A DNA stretch of 64,000 nucleotides from an uncultured Gammaproteobacteria bacterium (lineage in GTDB: Bacteria > Patescibacteriota > Microgenomatia > UBA10105 > UBA927). Each line of letters begins with the position of its first letter. Positions within the stretch are counted from its first letter, which is position 1. Position numbers and translations under genes: made by a program. The notes under the pieces were generated by a model. It was not told the origin of the DNA. It was given only the letters and a program-made list of their open reading frames with translations, and did no database searches. Shown here piece by piece: positions 38,643-49,952 of this stretch. The stretch covers positions 772,801 to 836,800 of the forward strand of contig CAYGFH010000001.1 in the NCBI GenBank assembly GCA_964349125.1. Direction: 5' to 3'.

Positions 38643-39815
38643 ATGAATATCAGAAATATCAAAATCGTTCTAGGACTGGTAATTGCGCTTTTGCTGGTTG
38701 CTGCATGCGGTCCCACCCCGCCAATCGTAGGGTATGGTCAGATCGTTGCAAAGCGCAACTTGAATTATGACCAGTTCAAGCAGCCGACAAGCGAAAAATA
38801 CACCAATTATTTCTATGTCGGTAGTAACTTTTCTTCCATCCAAAGCGATAACTTGAAGGTGGATCTTACGGCGGCAGTTGTGTCAGATGCTCAAGTGGGT
38901 ATCTATACCACCGGCTTTGACGAAAATCAGGTGCCCATCGTTCAGTATCTGCCGAAGGGCGTTTACGACAAAATCCCGGACGAGTTCGTTCGAGTAGTCG
39001 GCGCCGCGATTGTTGACGGTCAACATATGGGCGTGTACTGCAACTATACGGAAGGGCAAGAGTCTTTCCTCATTTTGCCTCCCGGCGAACATCCATACCC
39101 AGATTATATGGTGACGCACTGGCCCGTGGGAGACCGGATGTACCGCACTGTGAGCGATGGCGCGTTCAATGCGTACAAAGGCGGAGACACAGGGCCCACA
39201 GGACCTGGTGGCGGAGCTGATTTGGTTGAGACCAAGATCGACAAAGCGGATCTCAAGGACACCGATTTGGACCTGACATACACTGTGGACGTCGTGTTCG
39301 CCTACGATATCATCCAGAAAAACGCAAAGGTGCTCTGCGACCTCGGAAGTCCCGAGAAGGCAATCCAGCAAATGGTTGCGACACCGATGCGCGGAAAAGG
39401 TCGCACCATCACAGGACAGTTCGGCATCGATGTGGACACTCCACAAAATATCGAGCTTCTGCAAGCCGCTCTCCGCGATATGCTCATTGCTGAGAATGTT
39501 GGACTTCCTGGTAATTTCAAACACGTATCGCTTCGAAGTTTGGAAATTGGAACCGCTGAATATCAAGCCGCCATTCAACAGAATGCGACTGACCTGGCGA
39601 CTGCTCAAGCGCGTGGCTTGCTTCTCGCTCAACTGCAAAGAAACGCAGAAGATGAGAACACGCTTAAGGAAACCATTGCGGAAGGTTGGGCAACGCAGAT
39701 GGAAGCGCTCGGTTGCACTGACTCATGGCAATGCCTTTGGGTTGTTCTGAATGCAACCGAAAATACGCCGTATTTCAATGGAAATGACCTTCAGCAGCCG
39801 CCTCAGGTTCCATAG
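38643..39815 (+). CDS. lipoprotein with C-terminal SPFH/band-7-like domain
   Basis: Lipobox LLVAAC. C-terminal V.V.FAYDI...LR...G...VSLRSLEI...A...A.A..A pattern typical of SPFH. RBS GGAG 6 nt before ATG 38643; the track uses GTG 38631. Confidence 0.5.
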   Translation: MNIRNIKIVLGLVIALLLVAACGPTPPIVGYGQIVAKRNLNYDQFKQPTSEKYTNYFYVGSNFSSIQSDNLKVDLTAAVVSDAQVGIYTTGFDENQVPIVQYLPKGVYDKIPDEFVRVVGAAIVDGQHMGVYCNYTEGQESFLILPPGEHPYPDYMVTHWPVGDRMYRTVSDGAFNAYKGGDTGPTGPGGGADLVETKIDKADLKDTDLDLTYTVDVVFAYDIIQKNAKVLCDLGSPEKAIQQMVATPMRGKGRTITGQFGIDVDTPQNIELLQAALRDMLIAENVGLPGNFKHVSLRSLEIGTAEYQAAIQQNATDLATAQARGLLLAQLQRNAEDENTLKETIAEGWATQMEALGCTDSWQCLWVVLNATENTPYFNGNDLQQPPQVP

Positions 39816-39820
39816 CCTGA

Positions 39821-39832
39821 ACACTCTTGAAC
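39821..39832 (+). repeat. isolated copy of repeat terminal motif ACACTCTTGAAC downstream of gene C
   Basis: Matches the 5' inverted-repeat end of the 316-bp element. Confidence 0.45.
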
Positions 39833-40058
39833 TTTAACAATTGAATAATAGGGAATTGGGGACTCTCGAAAAGAGTGTCGTTCAATTTGATGCTGCCGCA
39901 TCTGAGATCTAGAGATTAATTAGTTAGGTGCCTTTGTGCGCCCTGCCAAATTTCTTTAGATCTTCCCTTGTTCGTTTGAGTTTCGATTATATAAATCGAG
40001 ACTGAAATGAGCAGGGGATGGTAATTATGCGTAAGGCAAATATGTTGATTTTACTGTG

Positions 40059-40088
40059 TTGACAAGATAGTGGGATTGCCAGTACAAT
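40059..40088 (+). promoter_or_regulatory. consensus promoter TTGACA-18-TACAAT
   Basis: TTGACA at 40059-40064 and TACAAT at 40083-40088. Confidence 0.6.
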
Positions 40089-40239
40089 ACATCTTTGCCC
40101 TAGATGCAAGGTGCAAATGTCAATCAAGTTTCCAAGATTGACTATATTTTTCATGAGAAGCAATAAACTATATACATATAATCACTTAAAGGAGATTGTT
40201 GTGTAGCCGTTTTTCTTCTCGTCGAAAGACGAATTGTAA

Positions 40240-40261
40240 CCCCGCATCTGGCGGGGTTTTT
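40240..40261 (+). terminator. rho-independent terminator-like hairpin
   Basis: CCCCGC-atctg-GCGGGG followed by TTTTT. Confidence 0.65.
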
Positions 40262-40266
40262 AGTAG

Positions 40267-40326
40267 GTCGCTGCTTTTTCTGATTCAGAGAAGAAAAGCA
40301 AGCGAATCACTATCCCCGAAGGGGAT
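40267..40326 (+). repeat. two-hairpin module upstream of the rRNA operon (direct repeat of 44472-44527)
   Basis: GTCGCTGCTTTTTCTGATTCAGAGAAGAAAAG...ATCCCCGAAGGGGAT closely resembles the downstream copy. Confidence 0.6.
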
Positions 40327-40365
40327 TTCAACAGAAATCATTCGCACATTACATTGATCTGAAAT

Positions 40366-40441
40366 TGGGCCCGAAGTTTACCTGGTTGAACGCTTCATTT
40401 GCAATGAAGAGGTAGTCGGTTCGAGTCCGATCGGGTCCACC
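40366..40441 (+). tRNA. tRNA-Ala (anticodon UGC), CCA encoded
   Basis: Full cloverleaf folded by hand. Acceptor GGGCCCG/CGGGTCC with G3:U70, D-arm GTTT/GAAC, anticodon loop TTTGCAA, T-loop TTCGAGT, A73, CCA. Confidence 0.9.
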
Positions 40442-40689
40442 ACGTAACGTCCGAAAGAGCGGACCATGTGGCAAGCCGCAGACAAGAAAGTTCTCGTTTC
40501 GAGACCAGTTACTTCTCTAAGTAACTGATCTCGCGACAAGAGCGCGTTTTGCTCATTAACATTTTGTAAATGACCTTTATATACATGCAGGTGAAATTCC
40601 TGGTATATGAAGTATTGTTATGTAATTAATAAGTAGTTGCATCGTAAGGGATAATCGATTTGATTCTCTTACATGTAAACCCCGATTTA

Positions 40690-40706
40690 ATCGGGGGAAA
40701 ATTTCG
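40690..40706 (+). other. hairpin CCCCGATTTAATCGGGG in the tRNA-23S spacer (partner-like hairpin at 44110-44126)
   Basis: Near-identical hairpins CCCCGATT(T/A)ATATCGGGG flank the 23S 5' and 3' ends, suggesting processing sites. Confidence 0.5.
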
Positions 40707-40764
40707 TAAAATGAACAATGGCCATCCCGCCGCCGAGGCGAGGATGGATCTTTTGTTCTCTGCA

Positions 40765-44095
<3,331 letters not shown>

Positions 44096-44325
44096 AACAA
44101 AGGTTTGATCCCCGATTATATCGGGGTGAAACTCTGTTCAGATACGAATTTTCTGTGTAGGAGCCATTTTGGTTATCCCTTACGGAGCAATTACTTGAGT
44201 GTGTGATGTCATTTACAAAATTTATATGAAGATCTCTGAAGGTATCCCGTTTCACGGGATAGTTCACAGTATGCTTTTTCTCTAGGAATCGAAAAAGCAA
44301 CTGTTCACTAACCGCTTTAGAGTCT

Positions 44326-44443
44326 TCCAGTCTTTTGAGCGACGTGGTACCACCCGATCCCTTTCCGAACTCGGAAGTGAAACGCGTTAGCGCCGACAAT
44401 ACTTGATTCGCGAGAATCTGGGAATATAGGTCAAGGCTGGGGG
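44326..44443 (+). rRNA. 5S ribosomal RNA
   Basis: CCGAACTCGGAAGTGAAACGCGTTAGCGCCGA loop C/helix III consensus. Helix I CCAGTCTT/AAGGCTGG. Confidence 0.8.
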
Positions 44444-44471
44444 ACTGTAAAGCGGTTTTTTTGTGGATTCG

Positions 44472-44527
44472 TCGCTCTTTTGATTCCGAGAAAAAGAGCG
44501 TACGAGACACGATCCCCGCAGGGGATA
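44472..44527 (+). repeat. two-hairpin module downstream of 5S (direct repeat of 40267-40326)
   Basis: GTCGCTCTTTTGATTCCGAGAAAAAGAGCG...ATCCCCGCAGGGGAT. Confidence 0.6.
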
Positions 44528-44809
44528 CTTTGGTGTATAGCAAATTCCGATTTGTGAATTTAATTGCCGATCAATCCCGCGCGGGCGCTCTTTGCGACGT
44601 GTACGAATAGTACTGAAAAGTCGCAAAAGAAGATGCATTGGAGTGTTTTGAATATCGAAATTCTTTCCTATACACGATTAATAAAACTCGTACACAAATT
44701 TTCTTACTTGTAAGTGTCAAAGAAATACTAGTAGATAATCGTTAATTGCTTAATGCGGTAATAATTGATATAATTACGTCTATTCTCAATGAAAGGTTGG
44801 TTCATATAA

Positions 44810-45997
44810 ATGGCACATAAAAAGAAAACAGTTCAACAAACAGCAGAAAGCTTAGAGGTCGTCCAAACAGCAAAAACAGCTGAAAAGGCAGTAAAAAAAT
44901 CTTCAAAATCAGATACAGTCCTCACAACGATGGATGAGCTTATTGCTCAGGTTGGATATACCCTGAAAGGTATCCGAAAAGGAGATGTTGTAGAGGGAAA
45001 AATTACCCGCGTAACTCCTAAGGAAATTACCATCGATATTGGTGGAAAAACCGAAGGTGTTGTCATTGACCGTGAACTTGAAAACTATAGAGACATGCTT
45101 ATGGCTCTCAACGTTGGGGACACTGTCGTATGTCAGGTGATCGTAGCTGAAAACGACCGAGGACAGTCAGTACTTTCACTCCGACGGAGTATTTTTGAAA
45201 AGCGCTGGGAAACACTCGCCACGATTCAAAAAGCAGGCGATCCAGTGGAAGTTATCTTCAAAGAGCCGGTCCGTGGAGGTATTTTGGTCGACTATGGTGG
45301 CCTTCGCGGCTATATTCCACAGTCGCAGCTTGATAGTTCGCTCAGTAAACAGCTGGACAAGATTTCAGGCCGACGCGTGATGGTAAAAGTTGTTGAAGTG
45401 GATAAAGAGACAAACAGACTCGTATTCTCACAAAGATCAGTCACAGAAGGCGCATCGCTTGCAAAACAGAAAGAACTCTTGAGTTCTCTTACCGTAGGGG
45501 AATCCATACAGGCGGTGATTACCGGTGTCGTACCATTTGGTGCGTTTGCCAAGCTGACTGTTGAGAAAGATGGACAAAGCCATGAAATCGAAGGCTTAGT
45601 GCACATTTCCGAAATCGCGTGGGAAAAAGTCGAAGATCCTGGTCAATATCTGAAGACAGGTGATTCTGTAAAAGTGAAGATTATCGGTGTTGATGAAGCG
45701 ACAGGAAAACTGACATTGTCACTCAAGCAACTGCTTCCGGATCCATGGGAGCATGTTTTGGACATGTTCGAAAAAGATACAACTGTAAAGGGTGTGGTAT
45801 CCAGAGTATCTCCCTACGGGATATTTGTGACACTCTCACCGGGCGTAGAGGGGCTTATCCATATAAGCAAAGTAACACCGGGAAGTGAACCAAAACCGAA
45901 AGAAGAAATCAGTTGTCTGATAGAAGATATACAACCGGATAAACGAAAAATTAGTCTTTCTATGTCATTGACTGAAAAGCCAATGGGATACAGATAA
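44810..45997 (+). CDS. rpsA: 30S ribosomal protein S1 (four S1 domains)
   Basis: Repeated S1 motifs (G..V.G.V..V...G.FV.L..G..GL.HISE). Confidence 0.85.
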   Translation: MAHKKKTVQQTAESLEVVQTAKTAEKAVKKSSKSDTVLTTMDELIAQVGYTLKGIRKGDVVEGKITRVTPKEITIDIGGKTEGVVIDRELENYRDMLMALNVGDTVVCQVIVAENDRGQSVLSLRRSIFEKRWETLATIQKAGDPVEVIFKEPVRGGILVDYGGLRGYIPQSQLDSSLSKQLDKISGRRVMVKVVEVDKETNRLVFSQRSVTEGASLAKQKELLSSLTVGESIQAVITGVVPFGAFAKLTVEKDGQSHEIEGLVHISEIAWEKVEDPGQYLKTGDSVKVKIIGVDEATGKLTLSLKQLLPDPWEHVLDMFEKDTTVKGVVSRVSPYGIFVTLSPGVEGLIHISKVTPGSEPKPKEEISCLIEDIQPDKRKISLSMSLTEKPMGYR

Positions 45998-46002
45998 TCT
46001 GT

Positions 46003-46398
46003 ATGTACTGCTTGCCCTATGCAGTTGGTGTTTCTCCAGCGCTTGGTATTCGGGGAATGATTGCAGTGTCCCGCATCAGAAAAGGCTCTGTTATAGAACG
46101 ATGCCCGGTTATTCTAGTCCCTAAAAAAGAACAAATTCACCTGTTTAAAACAAAGGTGCGCAACTACTATTTCGATTGGACAAATAAGGATTGTGCAGTG
46201 GTCTTGGGGTACGGCAGCCTGGTAAATCACTCGTTTACACCGAATGCGTATTACCGTTGGGATTACAAAGCAAAACATCTTACCTACGTAGCCCTCAAAG
46301 ATATACAGGAAGGCGAGGAAGTTACCATTAATTATAATGGTGATCCTGCTGACATGACACCGCTAGATTCTGGTCTAGTGAGTTCGAAAAGCTATTAA
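46003..46398 (+). CDS. SET-domain protein (putative lysine methyltransferase)
   Basis: GYGSLVNHSFTPNA (NHSC.PN-like) and EEVTINY (ELT..Y-like) motifs. Confidence 0.65.
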   Translation: MYCLPYAVGVSPALGIRGMIAVSRIRKGSVIERCPVILVPKKEQIHLFKTKVRNYYFDWTNKDCAVVLGYGSLVNHSFTPNAYYRWDYKAKHLTYVALKDIQEGEEVTINYNGDPADMTPLDSGLVSSKSY

Positions 46399-46432
46399 TT
46401 TGCTTTCAAGAGAAATGGTGTAGAATAGCCTC

Positions 46433-47740
46433 ATGAAGTTACGTTCCTCGTTTGTCTGTCAACAGTGTGGTTTTGAGACGCCGCAATGGTACGGAAAGTG
46501 CCCGTCGTGTGATGCGTGGAACAGTCTGATCGAGACGGTAAAAGCTTCAGAAAACAAAGGTGTCAATACGACAAAGCATCAGGGGATAACCGGAGCTGCA
46601 CCGCAAAAACTTTCCGAAGTAAAGCATATAGAAAAAAACAGAGTGAAAAGCGGATACGAAGAATTTGATCGGGTGATGGGAGGAGGCATTGTTCCCGGGA
46701 GTGTAACACTGTTGGCAGGGGACCCCGGTATAGGGAAATCCACATTGCTGCTTCATGTCATAGGTGAGGTTGGAGGGTTATATGTATCGGGAGAAGAATC
46801 TGCAGAACAGATAAAACTGAGGGCAAAACGTCTCGGAATTACCGGTGACAATATTATTGTCTTGCCTGAAACAAATGTCTCCTCGATTACGGCAGCCATC
46901 TCGGCTGGTGCTTCTCTCCCTCTTGTAATTATTGATTCAATTCAGACGCTTGTATCATCTGATTTGGATGGAATGGCAGGATCTGTGGGACAAATACGAC
47001 ACTGTGCTGAGGTATTGGTATCAGCCGCAAAATCACAGGGAATTCCCATCATTATCATAGGTCACGTGACGAAAGAAGGTACCATCGCCGGTCCTAAAGT
47101 GTTAGAGCACATGGTTGACACGGTGTTGTACTTCGAGGGAGAGCGGTTTGCCAATGCCCGGATCCTTCGGACTTTGAAAAATCGGTTTGGTGCGGTGGAA
47201 GAGATAGGAATATTTGAGATGATCGAAAATGGACTAAAAGAAATAGACAATCCATCAGCCCTATTTCTTCAAGATAGAGTAATAAATGTACCTGGTAGTA
47301 TTGTTACCGTGATTATGGAGGGAACACGCCCAATGCTTGTTGAAATCCAAGCTCTGGTTGTTTCTACACAGTTACCTATACCGCGGAGAGTAGGGAATGG
47401 TGTGAATTATAATAGATTGCAACTGCTTGTTGCGATACTACAGAAGCGCTTAAACCTTCCATTGGGAACGTGTGATATTTTTGTCAATGTCAGCGGTGGT
47501 ATGAAGATAGATGAACCTGCAGCCGATCTTGCAATATGTATGGCAGTTGTATCCTCATTCAAAAATAAAGCGATGGATTCAAAAACAGCGGTGTTTGGAG
47601 AAGTCGGCTTACTAGGTGAAGTCAGGTCAGTCGGATCATTGGATAGGCGAGAAAAGGAAGCCAAGCGCTTAGGATTTGGCACAGTGTTGAATCCTAAGAT
47701 TGTGAAAAATATAAAACAGGCATACGAATCAATTCGCTAA
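46433..47740 (+). CDS. radA: DNA repair protein RadA/Sms
   Basis: N-terminal C4 zinc finger (CQQCGF...CPSC). Walker A GDPGIGKST. KNRFG motif. Lon-like C-terminus. Confidence 0.9.
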   Translation: MKLRSSFVCQQCGFETPQWYGKCPSCDAWNSLIETVKASENKGVNTTKHQGITGAAPQKLSEVKHIEKNRVKSGYEEFDRVMGGGIVPGSVTLLAGDPGIGKSTLLLHVIGEVGGLYVSGEESAEQIKLRAKRLGITGDNIIVLPETNVSSITAAISAGASLPLVIIDSIQTLVSSDLDGMAGSVGQIRHCAEVLVSAAKSQGIPIIIIGHVTKEGTIAGPKVLEHMVDTVLYFEGERFANARILRTLKNRFGAVEEIGIFEMIENGLKEIDNPSALFLQDRVINVPGSIVTVIMEGTRPMLVEIQALVVSTQLPIPRRVGNGVNYNRLQLLVAILQKRLNLPLGTCDIFVNVSGGMKIDEPAADLAICMAVVSSFKNKAMDSKTAVFGEVGLLGEVRSVGSLDRREKEAKRLGFGTVLNPKIVKNIKQAYESIR

Positions 47741-47778
47741 TTTCAGCAATTTCCCTGCGGATATATGCTACAATTGCT

Positions 47779-48657
47779 GTGATGAAAAAGCAGGGAAAAG
47801 ACACAGAAAAAAATAGCAAAGTAGCGGTTCCAACTGCATCAAAGGAAACTCAGACTGATGTGGCTCAAAAAGCCGCAACAGCCGTTATTGCAGACATTGC
47901 CAAACCGTCATCGGGTTTTACGAAAGCACTGGCTGCAGAGATTGTCAAAGGGCTCACATCCTTCCGATTTTCACCATTTCGCTTCAGACATGAAGCTGAC
48001 CCAAGCACAGTTCCAGAAAAAGTGCCTGATTTGGGTGAACATCCGATACTGGTGGATACCAGTGTCCTTATCGATGGCAGAATTTTACCTATTGTAAACA
48101 GCGGATTTTTGACAGGTACGCTCCTAATCCCTCAATTTGTACTCGGCGAAGTACAACATATCGCCGATAGCAGTGACTCTCTGAGGCGTTCCAAGGGGCG
48201 ACGAGGTCTTGAGGTAGTCAGCAAGCTCAAGTGGCAAAAGGTAAACAAGCTGGTAAAGGTAAAAGTGATAGATGATGATCTCTCCGTTGTAAAAGAAGTG
48301 GATCATAAACTTGTCGCGTTGGCGAAAAAATGGAAATCGGTTCCGGGTGGGGAGAGTATCCGCTTGTTGACAGTAGATTTTAACCTCGCGCAGATCGCAC
48401 GTGCACAAAATGTAGCCATATTAAACGTATTTGATCTGGCACAGGCATTGAAACTAACATTAATGCCAGGAGAAGAGCTCACAATCAAAATCACCCATGA
48501 GGGGAAAGAACGGGAGCAGGGGGTTGGGTATCTGGGTGATGGAACTATGGTTGTGGTGGATGACGCAAAAAGTAAAATAGGATCGGAACTTTCCGTTGTT
48601 GTGACAAAGATTCATCAAACTCCTGCAGGTCAGCTGTTTTTCGCTCGCCTTCGTTAA
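47779..48657 (+). CDS. PIN + TRAM domain protein (YacL-like)
   Basis: PIN block ILVDTSVLIDGRI...LLIPQFVLGE. C-terminal TRAM-like beta domain. Conserved radA neighbourhood. Confidence 0.7.
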   Translation: MMKKQGKDTEKNSKVAVPTASKETQTDVAQKAATAVIADIAKPSSGFTKALAAEIVKGLTSFRFSPFRFRHEADPSTVPEKVPDLGEHPILVDTSVLIDGRILPIVNSGFLTGTLLIPQFVLGEVQHIADSSDSLRRSKGRRGLEVVSKLKWQKVNKLVKVKVIDDDLSVVKEVDHKLVALAKKWKSVPGGESIRLLTVDFNLAQIARAQNVAILNVFDLAQALKLTLMPGEELTIKITHEGKEREQGVGYLGDGTMVVVDDAKSKIGSELSVVVTKIHQTPAGQLFFARLR

Positions 48658-48754
48658 CTCATCTGCGGTGTAAAGCCACGTAACTATTCTGCAATTCCCC
48701 GTACGGATTTCGCTCTGAACATTTCATACACAGCCCTTTTGCCCGTATACATAG

Positions 48755-48774
48755 TTATCCAAAAGTTATCCACA
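48755..48774 (+). promoter_or_regulatory. two tandem DnaA-box-like 9-mers (TTATCCAAA, TTATCCACA) before an AT-rich tract
   Basis: TTATCCACA is a perfect DnaA box consensus. Only two boxes were found. Confidence 0.3.
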
Positions 48775-48837
48775 ATTATTTTTAATATTTATTTGGGTTG
48801 TTGTATCGGTCTATTTAACAATTAAAAAACTATAAGC

Positions 48838-49110
48838 TTGCCGTTTTTACAAAGGAAAAATCCTATGGGACTTGACATGAAGTTTTTCACGTGTTTGAAT
48901 GAATGTATGGTTTATCAACCGCAAGCACACAAGGGTTCTGAAGGCTTCCTAGAAGCGTTCAGTCGTGGTTTAGCGTCCCTCTTGGGTAGAGGGAGAGTAA
49001 TACGGCAGTCACCACTGGCCAAGGAGCGCATACGCTTCGAAAAAGAGGTGCACGAACAGTTCGTGAAGTTGAAAGAAAAGGGCATCAGTATTCCGGTATT
49101 TACGCTGTAA
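48838..49110 (+). CDS. hypothetical small protein
   Basis: RBS AAAGGAAAAA. No recognisable motif. Confidence 0.35.
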   Translation: MPFLQRKNPMGLDMKFFTCLNECMVYQPQAHKGSEGFLEAFSRGLASLLGRGRVIRQSPLAKERIRFEKEVHEQFVKLKEKGISIPVFTL

Positions 49111-49572
49111 GCATCGTTGTCATTCTTGCGAAGGCGAGAATCGGGATACGAACAAGTGTGGGTTTCTTGGGCAGGAATCCAGATTAGTGTTTAACATTCA
49201 GGTTGCATTCAGCAACCTGGATGTAGCATCTGTTTGATTGTAGAAAAAATAATTCAGATCCTCGGGCATGACCCGAGGATGACATGTTTTTGACACCAAT
49301 AAAAAAGCATCATTACCGCTAGCAATTGGGTTTGGGTTTAGCTACGAGTAATAATGCCTTTTATAATTTGGAGATGCTCTAATTGGGCAAAAAGAACATT
49401 TCCTATCTGTTGAATGTATCAGCCCTCTTTTTGCGTGTCAAATTAATATCTGAAGCTAATTTTCTGCGTTTGGATTGTCGCAGAAGCAAAAAAACATCTT
49501 CTCTTTCTTCTGTTCTCGGTTTGTTTTTTTTCCATAATTTTCTCTGACAATATCTTCCTCGGTTTTCGCGTG

Positions 49573-49601
49573 TTGACAACTGTATATATTGGGATTACAA
49601 T
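49573..49601 (+). promoter_or_regulatory. consensus promoter TTGACA-17-TACAAT inside a long noncoding region
   Basis: TTGACA at 49573-49578 and TACAAT at 49596-49601. The 8-bp inverted repeat TTGGGATT/AATCCCAA overlaps the -10. Confidence 0.55.
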
Positions 49602-49952
49602 CCCAACACAGTAATCTAAATACAATGTATTGAGTATGTTATTTGAACGAATGAATGTATTTAGATTGTCATGCATGATATACTTTGTGTGGCACTTGAA
49701 ATATTAGCGTATTGATTTCGAGTGTAAATGGATAGTATGTTGGTCACGTAAAAATCGCGAAGCGAATCACGGGATAAAGCATGCTTGAAACGCTAACGCA
49801 CCGAGTGTCAAGTTTTGTATGGGGGATAGTTTGTTGGGCAGGCGAGCTATCTCCCATAGAGGATTTGACCCGGTGCGTTTTACATTTCGAGCTTGTCTCC
49901 CAAAGAGAGTGCGTTTTTTGTGGCGAAAGTGCCTGTATCAATTGGCACATGA

